From an uncultured Actinomycetota bacterium (GTDB lineage: Bacteria; Actinomycetota; Actinomycetes; Actinomycetales; Microbacteriaceae), in NCBI GenBank assembly GCA_963740815.1, contig CAVUFG010000018.1, positions 1,041,426 through 1,105,425 of the forward strand: a stretch of DNA of 64,000 nt. Reading direction: 5' to 3'. A program made the translations under genes and the position numbers. How positions within the stretch are numbered: position 1 is the stretch's first letter; every line of letters starts with the position of its first letter. The notes under the pieces are model-generated. The model saw only the letters and a list, made by a program, of their open reading frames with translations. It was not told the DNA's origin and searched no databases. Of this stretch, positions 11,622 to 31,144 are shown one piece after another.

Positions 11622-12556
11622 GGTTCCTCGATCACCTGCCGAGCGGCGTCCTCGTCGACCGGGCCACGCCAGCCGTTGACCGGCAGCGCGAACTTGCGCA
11701 CGAGCCGGTCGGTGAACGGACCCTGGTTGAGTCGAGCCAGCCGCACCGGGATCGGCGATCGCCGCACGACCACGCGCGCGCCCGCCGGGAGGTCGTGCGT
11801 GCGGCGGCCGTCGCACCAGAGCACGCCGGTGCCCTGGGTGCGGTCGAGCACCTCGACCGCGAGGGATGAATCGGGCCCGACCACGAGCGGTCGCGCGAAC
11901 AGCGCATGCGGACTCAGCGGCACGAGCAGCAGCGCGTCGAGCGACGGCCACACCACCGGCCCGCCGGCCGAGAACGAGTACGCGGTCGACCCGGTCGGCG
12001 TCGACATCACGACGCCGTCGCAGCCGAACGACGACAGCGGCCGTCCGTCGACCTCGATGACGACCTCGAGCATGCGCTCGCGGCTCGCCTTCTCGACCGT
12101 GGCCTCGTTGAGCGCCCAGGTCTCGTACACGACCTCACGGTCCACCTTCACGCGCACGTTGAGCGTCATGCGCTCCTCGACGAGGTAGTCGCGCGCGAGC
12201 ACGCGGGCCACGGTCTCGTCGAGGTTCTCGCGCTCGCTCTCGGCGAGGAAGCCGACGTGGCCGAGGTTGACGCCGAGCAGCGGCGCGGAGCATCCACGGG
12301 CCAGCTCGGCCGCGCGCAGGATCGTGCCGTCGCCGCCGAGCACGATCACGAGCTCGAGATCGCCGATCTGCACGGTCTGCCCGAGCATCGTGATGGGCTG
12401 CAGGTCGGGCGCCGCGGCCATGATCTCGTCGAACTCGTCCTCCGAGAGCACGGGGGTCAGCCCGGCCGCGATGAGCTGGCGGCACACGTCGATGCCGGCA
12501 TCGAGGGAGTCCTGCCGCCCGGTGTGCGCGACGACGAGGATGTGACGGTCGGTCAC
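11618..12556 (-). CDS. ppnK: NAD kinase
   Basis: GGDGTIL, NLGHVGFL, LNE, TPTGSTAYSFSAGG. Confidence 0.95.
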   Translation of the reverse strand: MTDRHILVVAHTGRQDSLDAGIDVCRQLIAAGLTPVLSEDEFDEIMAAAPDLQPITMLGQTVQIGDLELVIVLGGDGTILRAAELARGCSAPLLGVNLGHVGFLAESERENLDETVARVLARDYLVEERMTLNVRVKVDREVVYETWALNEATVEKASRERMLEVVIEVDGRPLSSFGCDGVVMSTPTGSTAYSFSAGGPVVWPSLDALLLVPLSPHALFARPLVVGPDSSLAVEVLDRTQGTGVLWCDGRRTHDLPAGARVVVRRSPIPVRLARLNQGPFTDRLVRKFALPVNGWRGPVDEDAARQVIEEP

Positions 12557-12566
12557 GCGATCACAC

Positions 12567-12700
12567 ACCTTCCAGTCGCAGCGCCGGTGTCAGGTCCACC
12601 CGTCTCGCGAGATCGGGGTGAGCAGGTCGGGTCGCTGCATCTATTCTGTCTGATGGATGCCGCGAGCGGGGCGTCACGCGACCAGCTGCGAACCGATCCG
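12567..12700. repeat. Intergenic imperfect palindrome between tlyA and NAD kinase
   Basis: Core stem GCATCTAT (12637-12644) / ATGGATGC (12653-12660) with outer arms TCGCAGC / GCTGCGA. Confidence 0.45.
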
Positions 12701-12727
12701 CCGCCGTCCGCGCTGTGGTGGAGCGGA

Positions 12728-13522
12728 TCAGGCCATCCCCTGCACCGCATCGCGCCACTCGGTCGGATTGCTGCCCGCCGCCGCGCTGAACCAGACCAGG
12801 AATTCGCGGTTGCCGCTGCCGCCGGCGATCGGGCTGGGCAGCACGCCCGCGGTGGGCAGCGCGAGATCCCACGCCGCCCAGAGCACCCCGTTGAGCGCGT
12901 CCGCCCGCAGGCCCGCGTCCCGCACGATGCCTTCGCGGATCCCGGTGCGCCCGACTTCGAACTGGGGCTTCACGAGCAGCACGTAGTCCGCGCCGGTGCC
13001 GACCGTCCCGACGAGCGCGGGCAGCACGGTCGGCAGCGAGATGAACGACAGGTCGGCCACGAGGATGTCGGGAACCTCCGCCACCCCGCTCGCCGCCGCC
13101 AGGCCGGCCACGGTCATGTCGCGGGCATTGAAGCCCTCGACGACGGACACTCGTGGATCACCCCGGAGCTCTGGGACGAGCTGCTCGTGCCCGACATCGA
13201 GCGCGATCACGTGGCGCGCGCCGCGCTCGAGCAGCACCTGGGTGAACCCGCCGGTCGACGCACCGACGTCGAGGGCGAGCCGCCCGGCCGGGTCGACCTC
13301 GAAGCCGTCGAGCGCGGCGATGAGCTTGTGGGCGGCGCGACTGACGTAGTGGTCCGCGCCCGCGACCTCGATTCGCGCCGACTCCGCCACCTTCAGCGAC
13401 GCCTTGAGCGCCGGCGAGCCGTTCACCGTCACCAGGCCGTCGGCGATGAGCTTCGCCGCGACCGTGCGCGACCGGGCGAGGCCGCGGTCCGCCATCGCGG
13501 CGTCGAGCCTCGCGTCAGGCAT
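12728..13522 (-). CDS. tlyA: TlyA-family rRNA 2'-O-methyltransferase
   Basis: RLD S4 domain, YVSRAAHKL, DVGASTGGFT, DLSFISL, KPQFE, GNREF. Confidence 0.95.
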   Translation of the reverse strand: MPDARLDAAMADRGLARSRTVAAKLIADGLVTVNGSPALKASLKVAESARIEVAGADHYVSRAAHKLIAALDGFEVDPAGRLALDVGASTGGFTQVLLERGARHVIALDVGHEQLVPELRGDPRVSVVEGFNARDMTVAGLAAASGVAEVPDILVADLSFISLPTVLPALVGTVGTGADYVLLVKPQFEVGRTGIREGIVRDAGLRADALNGVLWAAWDLALPTAGVLPSPIAGGSGNREFLVWFSAAAGSNPTEWRDAVQGMA

Positions 13523-13727
13523 GGCTGCCGGGCGAATCCCCACCCTCGAGCGCTGCGCGGAGCTCGTCATGCACCTGCGTGAACGCTGCGGCGCGGGCGT
13601 CGAGCGGCTGGTCCTCGATCAGGCGGAGGCGTGACAGCAGAGCGTCGGTCTCGTCGTCACGTTCGACGTCGGCGCGCTCCTCGGCCGCAACCGAATCCGG
13701 CTGGTTGGTCTCGTCGTCCACGGTCAC
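13515..13727 (-). CDS. Small conserved-type hypothetical protein
   Basis: 70-aa acidic helical ORF overlapping both neighbours (LLSRLRLIEDQPLDARAAAFTQVHDELRAALE). Confidence 0.7.
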   Translation of the reverse strand: MTVDDETNQPDSVAAEERADVERDDETDALLSRLRLIEDQPLDARAAAFTQVHDELRAALEGGDSPGSHA

Positions 13728-14698
13728 GAATATAGCTCCGGGTCCACCTCGAACGCGTAGATCGGCTTGCCGGAGGACCACAGCGCGGCGCACGCGGCGC
13801 GCAGCAGGTCGACGCCGTCGCCGTGCTCGCGCGCGAGACGGGTGCCGGCCACGCGCACGGCCGCCGTGCCGACGGTCGTCACCTCGCCATCCACCGACGT
13901 CGCCGGGTACGGCTCGTGCAGGCCGCGGAGGTCGTCGAGGATGAAGGTCGGCCGCTCATCCGGCACCGCCGCCAGCACCTGCTTGGCCACGTCGATCCCG
14001 GTGAGCACCTGCACCGACGGGATGCCGGCGCGATTGGCTCCCTTGATGTCGGTGTCGAGCCGATCGCCGATCATCAGCGCGGCCCGCGAGCCGTATCGGG
14101 TCATCGCCTCGTCGTAGATCGCGACCTCGGGCTTGCCCGCGACCACCGGAAGGATGCCGACGGCGGTATGCACCGCGGAGACGAGCGTGCCGTTGCCCGG
14201 GGCGGTCCCGCGCGCGAGCGGCAGCGTCCAGTCGGTGTTCGTCGCGACCCACGGGATGCCGCCGTGCAGCGCGAACGCCGCCTCGGCGAGATCCTTCCAA
14301 CCGACCTCGGGGGCGAACCCCTGGATGACGGCCGCCGGGGAGTCCTCGGCGGAGCGCGTCACCACGAACCCGCCCTTCTCGACCTCCACCGTGAGGCCCT
14401 CGCCCCCGACGACCAGCACTTTCGACCCCGCGGGCACGAGTCCGGCGAGCAAGCGCACCGCCGCCTGCGGCGACGTCACGACGTCCTCGGGAGCGACGTG
14501 CAGCCCCAGCTCCGTGAGGTGTGCAGCCACCGAGACGTCGGTGCGTGACGCGTTGTTGGTGAGGTACGCGACGCGAGTCGGCGCGGCGATCGCATTTATG
14601 CTCTCAACGGCATATGGGATGGCGTCGGCGCCCTTGTAGATGACACCGTCGAGGTCGGCGAGCACCAGTTCGATCCTCGCGAGCGGAGTCTCAGTCAT
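13724..14698 (-). CDS. HAD-IIA (NagD-like) hydrolase
   Basis: DLDGVIY, LTNNA, GKPE, IGDRLDTDI. Confidence 0.9.
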   Translation of the reverse strand: MTETPLARIELVLADLDGVIYKGADAIPYAVESINAIAAPTRVAYLTNNASRTDVSVAAHLTELGLHVAPEDVVTSPQAAVRLLAGLVPAGSKVLVVGGEGLTVEVEKGGFVVTRSAEDSPAAVIQGFAPEVGWKDLAEAAFALHGGIPWVATNTDWTLPLARGTAPGNGTLVSAVHTAVGILPVVAGKPEVAIYDEAMTRYGSRAALMIGDRLDTDIKGANRAGIPSVQVLTGIDVAKQVLAAVPDERPTFILDDLRGLHEPYPATSVDGEVTTVGTAAVRVAGTRLAREHGDGVDLLRAACAALWSSGKPIYAFEVDPELYS

Positions 14699-16247
14699 CC
14701 AGCGGCTCCTCGGAGACGATGCCGCCCTCCTCGACGAGCGCGATCTCGCCGTCGTCGGCACCGACGTCGCCTTCGCCTTCGCCCCCGCCTTCGTCGGACT
14801 TATCCAGGTCGTCGAGCGGATCGCTCATGTCGATCACTTCGATGAGATCGTCCTCGTCGTCGTCACCGTCCTGCAGCGCCGCGACCGCGACGTCGGCAGC
14901 CGTGTACCACTCGGCGGCGTCGTCGGCTCGGCCGAGATCCTCGAGCACGGTCGCATAGGCGTCGAACAGACCGGGGCTCCAACTGAAGGCCGTCGATCGG
15001 TCGAGCTGCGGGATCTCGAGTTCGAGCAACGCCGCGTCGAGCTGTCCGAGATCGAGTCGCGCTCCCGACATCGCGATCGCGAGTTCCACCTGCACGGCAG
15101 GCGGGAGCGACGTGCGCGAGACCGAGCGTCCGAGCTCGAGTGCCTTCTCCGGCCGGCCGAGGCCGCGCTCGCTGTCGACCATCATCGGCAGTTGGTCGTC
15201 TCGCCCGGTGATGCGCCGGTAGGTGCGGAGTTCGCGGAGTGCGAGGGCGTAGTCGCCGACCGCGTACGCGGTGATCGCGAGCGATTCGCGCACGATGCCG
15301 ATCCGCCCGCCGCGACGCGACGCCGATTCGGCGTGCCGGTGCGCGAGCGCTGGATCCTCGTCGATCAGGCGTGCCGCCATGACCAGGTGGCGCGCGACGA
15401 ACTCCTGGTTCTCGGGCGCGAGCGTCTTGAGCTCGTTGCGAGCGATCCGGTCGAGGTCCTTGTCCTTCACCTCATCGGGGAGGTACGGATCGACGTGCTC
15501 CTTGCGCACCGACCTCGTGTTGAACGGATCGCGATCCTCTGGCGGCTCGAGCTCGCGAGCATCGCGATCCCCGCGCGCGGGCGCCCCACTGCGCGTCCAG
15601 AGGCGCTGGTCGTCGCCACCACGTACCGGCTTCGACGCTCCGGAGTCCCGGCGCGGCGGCCGCGGGTCACGCGACGGTGCGCCATCCCCGCGCGGCTTCC
15701 ACTCGCGTGCCGGCCTCCCGTCCGCGGGTCGTGGCGGACGCCCTCCCCCATCGCGGCTCCCGCCTCGCGCCGGTGCGTCGCCCCGCGGCTTCCACTCCCG
15801 AGGGGGCTGGCCGTCGCGCGTGGGTCGCGCGCCATCCCGTGCGGGTCGCGCGCCACCGTCCGTGCGCGGCTTCCACTCCCGGGCGGGCTTGCCGTCCCGG
15901 CCCGGGCGGGCGCTGGCGTCGCCGCGGGGCTTCCACTCGCGTGGCGGCTGGCCATCACGCGTGGGACGAGCGCCACCATCGGTGCGCGGCTTCCACTCCC
16001 GCGGGGGCTGGCCATCGCGTGACGGCTTTCCGTCGCGGGATGGGCGGCCGCCGGCATCGGGCTTGCGGGCAGACCGCGGCGCGGCGCCATCCCGGCTCGG
16101 ACGGTTCGGACGATCACTGGCGCTTCGGTCTCCGCCCGGGCGACCACCGGTCGGGCGCCCGCCGGCCGGACGCGCGCCCTGTGGACGCTCGCGGCGAGGT
16201 CGGTTCTCCTCGGATCCGCGATCCTGCGGTTCGTTGGTGTCGCTCAC
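14691..16247 (-). CDS. TPR-like protein with a long basic repeat N-terminus and an acidic tail
   Basis: GTG start at 16247 with an upstream GGAGA; five REWKPR repeats; helical core (VARHL...ALRELRTYRR...DSERGLGRPEKAL). Confidence 0.8.
   Translation of the reverse strand: MSDTNEPQDRGSEENRPRRERPQGARPAGGRPTGGRPGGDRSASDRPNRPSRDGAAPRSARKPDAGGRPSRDGKPSRDGQPPREWKPRTDGGARPTRDGQPPREWKPRGDASARPGRDGKPAREWKPRTDGGARPARDGARPTRDGQPPREWKPRGDAPARGGSRDGGGRPPRPADGRPAREWKPRGDGAPSRDPRPPRRDSGASKPVRGGDDQRLWTRSGAPARGDRDARELEPPEDRDPFNTRSVRKEHVDPYLPDEVKDKDLDRIARNELKTLAPENQEFVARHLVMAARLIDEDPALAHRHAESASRRGGRIGIVRESLAITAYAVGDYALALRELRTYRRITGRDDQLPMMVDSERGLGRPEKALELGRSVSRTSLPPAVQVELAIAMSGARLDLGQLDAALLELEIPQLDRSTAFSWSPGLFDAYATVLEDLGRADDAAEWYTAADVAVAALQDGDDDEDDLIEVIDMSDPLDDLDKSDEGGGEGEGDVGADDGEIALVEEGGIVSEEPLDD
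15670..16050 (-). repeat. Intragenic tandem repeat encoding (P/A)REWKPR units
   Basis: GGCTTCCACTC on the + strand at 15694, 15787, 15868, 15928 and 15988. Confidence 0.85.
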
Positions 16248-16299
16248 GTGATCTCCTGTGCGGGTCTTGGTTCGGCCTTGCATGTGACGAGCATTAACG

Positions 16300-16336
16300 C
16301 AAAATGGCCACCTGAACGAATCAGGTGGCCATTTCA
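16300..16336 (-). terminator. Hairpin terminator of the rRNA operon
   Basis: AAATGGCCACCTGA / TCAGGTGGCCATTT inverted repeat just after 5S, followed by a T-run on the minus strand. Confidence 0.75.
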
Positions 16337-16344
16337 CAAAGAAG

Positions 16345-16461
16345 TCCGGCGGTGTCCTACTCTCCCACAAGGTCTCCCTTGCAGTACCATCGGCGCAGAG
16401 AGCCTTAGCTTCCGGGTTCGGAATGTGACCGGGCGTTTCCCTCTCGCTATGGCCGCCGAAA
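16345..16461 (-). rRNA. rrf: 5S rRNA
   Basis: Reverse complement reads GGCGGCCATAGCG...CCGAACCCGGAAGCTAAG...GATGGTACTG; ends approximate. Confidence 0.95.
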
Positions 16462-16602
16462 CACTATTGATTTATGCAATCAGTTTCTGGCCAGTGAAGA
16501 AGAGCTCTCAGAGAGCTCTCCCTAGCTGGACGCAGTTCCCGACCGTAAATCGGGAACCACAAAGTGGACGCAAGCATCTCCTCATTCTCACTGAAGAGAG
16601 GT

Positions 16603-19733
<3,131 letters not shown>

Positions 19734-20182
19734 TCACATGAGTTTGAATCGATCGCCGGACCGAAGTCCGGAGATTGACCAATGATTGTCGTTCGCAGCT
19801 CTAGGAAGCACTGCTGCGATCTAGATCTTTGTTGTGATACACGATCCCGAAGACGCTATATCTAAGATGCTCGCGTCCACTGTGTAGTTCTCAAAATACG
19901 GGCGGTATCCTCCGCGCCTGGACGAGTCCAGTCGACAACAGGATCCAGAAGGTCCGTTCGCACCAAGCGGTGCGGCCCGGTCCCTCAGGACCCAACAGCG
20001 TGCAAGTCCCGAGCTCCTGGTCCGATCTGTTCCAACTGCCGAAGCAGCGTACTGGGATCGAGCCGATCGCTCGAGACACATGTCAATGTTCCACCCTTGA
20101 GCGCCACCGGAGAACGTATGTCTCCGATAATGGCTACGAGGTGAATAGTTCCGCTGTATCACAGACGGCATCGTCGAGTGCT

Positions 20183-21707
<1,525 letters not shown>

Positions 21708-21978
21708 AGGTTTGGTAGCGAATCGCAAGCGACGCGCAAACCTGTTGCGATGGCTGAGCCGGAATGGGCTTGGGCCACCGCGAGTTTGTCTGACTGAAGT
21801 TGAATATCTACTGACATTCATTTGTTTCAATCCAAAGGAATCTCTACGTCACTGAGCTCCGAAAGCATCAGGCCGCAGAGGTTTTTTGGCATTTGACATG
21901 TGCACGCTGTTGAGTTCTCAAGGATCGGGCGCTCCTGATCGCCTGGCTTTCGCCGGACTGTTTCAGGGCAACTCCACT

Positions 21979-22193
21979 AACCTACCACCGGCGTTCCGGC
22001 GGTCAAGCCGACACGCGGAACTCGAGGTTCCAGGTGGGTTTTCCATCCTAGGCTCTGGCCGCGCGACCTACAAGAGTTCGCCCGAAGTTCAGAGCCGGAT
22101 GGTTGTCCCCGCTTGAGGCCGAAACGCTCTGCGGCGTTCCGCACCTTTGGGGTGACGAGTGATTACTCTACGGCCCGTTTCGCGGGTGGGCAA
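21979..22193 (-). promoter_or_regulatory. Three tandem sigmaA-type rrn promoters
   Basis: TTGCCC..TAGAGT (-10 at 22165-22170), TTGTAG..TAGGAT (about 22045-22073), TTGACC..TAGGTT (21979-22006); conserved leader/processing box GATCCTTGAGAACTCAACAG near 21907-21926. Confidence 0.7.
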
Positions 22194-22194
22194 A

Positions 22195-22995
22195 CTAGCG
22201 TGCATCCCGGGCGTGTCGCGCCTCGAGTCGGGCGACGACGAGCGCCGAGATTGCCAGAAGTACGAGGAATATCGCGGCTCCGGTGGTGCCCGATCGGCTG
22301 AGCACCGAGCGCGTCTCGCTCGTCGGCGCGAACGTGATCACCACGAGGTATCCGAGCAGCAGCGAGACCGGGAGCGAGAGCCACGTGAGCACGCGCAGCC
22401 AGCGCGGCGTTCCGAGGTCGAGCGGAGGGTCATCCTGGCGCCGCAGCCACCGCAGACCCCAGATGGCAAGGACGCCGAGCCCGAAGATCGAACTGATCCA
22501 GTGCAGGATGTCGGCGTTGTACCAGGGGCCGGTGCGCTCATCGAGGATCGGGAACAGGGCCGTCCCCCAGCGGTGCGTGTGCGTGAACGCATCCCAGATC
22601 ACGTGGGTCGCGAGGCCGAGAGCCAAGGATGCCACCAGCAGCAGCACCGCGCCGACCCGCCGGCCCACGGACGCACGCCGCCCACCCCACAGGCTCCACC
22701 ACCCCTGGGCCGGAGCCGTGAGCCACTCCCGCGGCCACCGCAGCGCGAACCACCGCGGCGTGAGCGGGATGACGGCGGGCCGCAGCACCATGCGCCAGAC
22801 CAGCAGCAGGAACAGCGCGAGCACGAGGTCGATCGTGACGACGCCGATCCAGCTGTGCGTGAGCGCGTAGGGCGGCCAGATGCGGAAGAACAGCGGGATG
22901 TCCGGCGTCATCGCGCCGATCGCGATCGCGGCCGGCACGAGCGGCGTGCGCACGAACGGCAGCGCGACGACGGCGTGGGCCGGGGTGAAGGGCAT
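22195..22995 (-). CDS. DUF4184-family membrane protein
   Basis: MPFTPAH start, GAMTPD, LTHS, THVIWDAFTH. Confidence 0.85.
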   Translation of the reverse strand: MPFTPAHAVVALPFVRTPLVPAAIAIGAMTPDIPLFFRIWPPYALTHSWIGVVTIDLVLALFLLLVWRMVLRPAVIPLTPRWFALRWPREWLTAPAQGWWSLWGGRRASVGRRVGAVLLLVASLALGLATHVIWDAFTHTHRWGTALFPILDERTGPWYNADILHWISSIFGLGVLAIWGLRWLRRQDDPPLDLGTPRWLRVLTWLSLPVSLLLGYLVVITFAPTSETRSVLSRSGTTGAAIFLVLLAISALVVARLEARHARDAR

Positions 22996-23008
22996 CCGCT
23001 GTGCCCGG

Positions 23009-24323
23009 TCAGCCGCTGATCGTCACGCCGGCGAGGGTCTTCTTGCCGCGGCGGAGCACGGCCACTCCCCCGGCGAGTGCGGCACCGTCGAGGGTGGCCG
23101 CGTCATCCTCGACCTTGGTGTTGTTCAGGTAGACGCCGCCCTGCGCGATCGCGCGACGCGCCTCGCTCGAGGCTCGCGCTGAGACCCGTGGCGGTGAGCG
23201 CCTCGACGACCTGGGTGGAGGCCGGGAGGGTCGCGTTGGGCAGCTCCGCGACGGCGGAGGCGAGGGTCGCGGCATCCAGCGCGGCGAGGTCGCCGTCGCC
23301 GAAGAGGGCTGCACCGGCCGCGATCGCGGAGGCCGTGGCATCCACACCGTGGACGGTCGCGGTCACCTCGAAGGCGAGCCGGCGCTGGGCTTCGCGCTTG
23401 AACGGCTCGTCACGCACCGCCGCCTCGAGTCGCTCGATCTCGGCGCGGTCGAGGAACGTGAAGATCTTCAGGCGGCCGATCACGTCGGCGTCGGCGCTGT
23501 TGAGCCAGAACTGGTAGAAGGCGTACGGGCTGCACATCGCGGCATCCAGCCAGATGGCGTTGCCCTCGCTCTTGCCGAACTTGGTGCCGTCGCTGTTGGT
23601 GATGAGCGGCGTGCCGATCGCGTGCACCGAGACGCCCTCGGCCTTGTGCAGCAGGTCGACGCCGCTCGTGAGGTTGCCCCACTGGTCGCTGCCGCCGGTC
23701 TGCAGCACGCAGCCGTAGTCGAGGTAGAGCTGGCGGAAGTCCAGTCCCTGCAGGATCTGGTAGCTGAACTCGGTGTACGAGATGCCCTCGTCGCTGTTGA
23801 GGCGCGCGCTGACGGCGTCCTTCTTGAGCATCGTGCCGACACGGTAGTGCTTGCCGATGTCGCGCAGGAAGTCGATCGCGCTCATCGGCGCGGTCCAGTC
23901 GAGGTTGTTGACGAGCCGCGCAGCGTTGTCGCCCTCGAAGCTCAGGAACTTCGACGACCTGCGCCTGCAGGTAGCCGACCCACTCGGCGACCGTGTCCTT
24001 CTCGTTGAGCGTGCGCTCGGCGGTCGGCCGCGGGTCGCCGATCAGGCCGGTCGAGCCGCCGACGAGGCCGAGCGGCGCAGTGGCCGGCGAGCTGGATGCG
24101 ACGCAGCAGCAGCAACTGCACGAGGTTGCCCAGGTGCAGGCTCGGCGCCGTCGGGTCGAAGCCGCAGTAGTACACGATCGGTGGCCCGGCGAGCAGCGCC
24201 TTGAGCGCCGCCGGATCGGTCGAGACGTGCACGTAGCCCGCGCCAGACCAGCTCCTCCCAGACATCCTCGAACGACGCGTCGTTCGCCTGCGGGGTCGGC
24301 GATGTGGTGGGCTGGGATGACAC
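23009..24323 (-). CDS. tyrS: Tyrosine--tRNA ligase (about four apparent frameshifts, probably sequence errors)
   Basis: [28 protein letters not shown] and the S4 tail lie in different frames; TACGGT-N7-GTG leaderless start. Confidence 0.92.
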
Positions 24324-24351
24324 GACCTCAACCGTAGCGGAGGATTCCAGC

Positions 24352-24732
24352 ATGGTCCGCAGCACGTGGGAGGCTCTGACGAAGGGCCTCGACGAGTCAG
24401 ATCTGAAGATGCTCACGGCGTATCGGGACGCCTGTCGCTCGCTGCCGGGCGTGCACGAGGAGGTGCACAGCAAGCAGATCCAGTACAAGGTGGAGCGGGT
24501 GTTCACCTCGGCGTACGTGAAGAGCCACTGGCTCGAGATCGGGGTCGACCTGCTCGAGGAGGTCGAGCATCCGCTGCTGCGCACGGTCTATCCGACCAGC
24601 AAGCGCGTGTTCACGCACCGGTTCACGCTGTCGAAGGCGTCGGAGGTGCGGAGCGTGATGAAGTTCATCCGGACGTCCGCGAAGACGGTCGGTCCCGGAT
24701 TCAAGAAGAGCGCCAAGCCCGACGGCAACTAG
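24352..24732 (+). CDS. Hypothetical protein, possibly DUF5655-like
   Basis: 126-aa ORF with typical codon use and a GGAGG RBS; divergent from tyrS. Confidence 0.65.
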   Translation: MVRSTWEALTKGLDESDLKMLTAYRDACRSLPGVHEEVHSKQIQYKVERVFTSAYVKSHWLEIGVDLLEEVEHPLLRTVYPTSKRVFTHRFTLSKASEVRSVMKFIRTSAKTVGPGFKKSAKPDGN

Positions 24733-25346
24733 CTCATCGTGCGCTTCTTCGGCACCGAGCGCTTGTACGGCGACACGCTCCGCTCCCCCGGGATCCAGAA
24801 CCGCCACGGGTAGCGATCCGTGCCACCCTCGCCGGAGACGCCGGTGCGCGGCCCCTGCTCGAACGGCGCGGGCGTTGCGGGCAGCGTGAGGTGGAGGCGG
24901 GAGCCGCCGAGCAGGTCCGCGCCGTAGTCGTCGAGCCGGATGCCCATCGCGACGCAGAGGCGCGCGGGGCCCTGGGCGAGGTCGTGGTCGTTGCGCGACG
25001 TGGGGCGCCGCGCCCTGGCATCCTCGAGCCCTTCGACGATCTCGCCCGCTCGCAGGAGCACCGCCGAGGCCGTTCCGTCCGGCGAGGTGACGACGTTCGC
25101 GCAGGTGTGCATGCCGTAGGTGAAGTAGGTGTAGAGGAAGCCGGGCGGGCCGTACATGACCGTGTTGCGCGGGCTGCGTCCGCGGAACGCATGCGATCCG
25201 GGGTCGAGCTCGCCCAGGTACGCCTCGACCTCGGTGATGCGCAGCGAGACGCCGTCGACGGTCAGGATGCCGCCGAGGAGCAGCGGCGCGACCTCGGTCG
25301 ATGGGCGCTCGAGGAGCTCGAGCGAGTCACGCGATCGGTTCGGCAC
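24729..25346 (-). CDS. mpg: 3-methyladenine DNA glycosylase (MPG/AAG family)
   Basis: ITEVEAY, YFTYGMHTCANVV, AVLLRAG, GPARL, GPRTGV, PWRF. Confidence 0.92.
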   Translation of the reverse strand: MPNRSRDSLELLERPSTEVAPLLLGGILTVDGVSLRITEVEAYLGELDPGSHAFRGRSPRNTVMYGPPGFLYTYFTYGMHTCANVVTSPDGTASAVLLRAGEIVEGLEDARARRPTSRNDHDLAQGPARLCVAMGIRLDDYGADLLGGSRLHLTLPATPAPFEQGPRTGVSGEGGTDRYPWRFWIPGERSVSPYKRSVPKKRTMS

Positions 25347-25350
25347 GGCG

Positions 25351-26937
<1,587 letters not shown>

Positions 26938-26943
26938 TCAACC

Positions 26944-30205
<3,262 letters not shown>

Positions 30206-30209
<4 letters not shown>

Positions 30210-31112
30210 GCCACCACTTCCGTTCCGATTCCCTCGCTCGTGAACACCTCGAGCAGGATGGCGTGCGGCTGACGCCCATCGATGATCGCCGCCTTGGGCA
30301 CTCCGGCGCCGACCGCATCCAGGCACGCTCGCATCTTCGGGATCATTCCGGATTCGAGCGACGGCAGCAGCGCCTCGAGCTCGGCCGAGCCGATGTGCGA
30401 GACGAGCGAGTCGCGGTCCGGCCAGTCGCGGTACAGCCCCGCGACGTCGGTGAGCACGATCAGCTTCGCCGCGCCGAGCGCCGCCGCGAGGGATGCCGCC
30501 GCGGAGTCCGCGTTGACGTTGAGCACCTGCCCGGTGCCGCGCTCGAGCGCGAGCGACGAGATCACCGGGATCCGGCCCGCGTCCAGCGCACGCAGCACAG
30601 GCTCCGGATGCACCTCGTCGGCGTCGCCCACGAGCCCGAGGTCGAGGTCGGTGCGCCGCGTGCCGGTGAACAGGCCCTGCTCGTCACCGGGGATCCCCAC
30701 GGCGAGCTCCTCGCCGTCGGCGGTGCGCGTTGATCAGGCGCACGAGGTCGCCGCCGACCTGCGTCGCGAGCACCTCGCGCACGACGTCGATCGCCTCGGG
30801 CGTGGTCACCCGGTACCCACCGCGGAATTCCGAGTGGATGCCGCGGCGCTCCAGCTCCGCCGAGATCTGCGGCCCGCCGCCGTGCACGACCACCGGCCGC
30901 ACCCCCGCGTAGCGCAGGTAGACCATGTCCTCTGCGAATGCCCGGGACAGCGCGTCGTCGACCATCGCATTGCCGCCGAACTTCACCACGATCGTCTGGC
31001 CGTGGAACAGCTTCAGCCACGGCAGCGCCTCGATGAGCACGGCGGCCTTGAGGGCGGCCTCCTGCTGCGTCACCCTCGCCCGCAGCTCCAGGCCCTCATC
31101 CGTCGCGGCCAT
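30206..31112 (-). CDS. argB: Acetylglutamate kinase (apparent frameshifts near 30700-30725)
   Basis: [31 protein letters not shown]. Confidence 0.93.
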
Positions 31113-31144
31113 CAGCTGGACCCCGCCTTCCTGAATCCAGCCAT
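31112..31144 (-). CDS. Putative 10-aa minicistron [10 protein letters not shown] between argJ and argB
   Basis: TGATG overlaps with both the argJ stop and the argB start. Confidence 0.35.
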   Translation of the reverse strand: MAGFRKAGSS

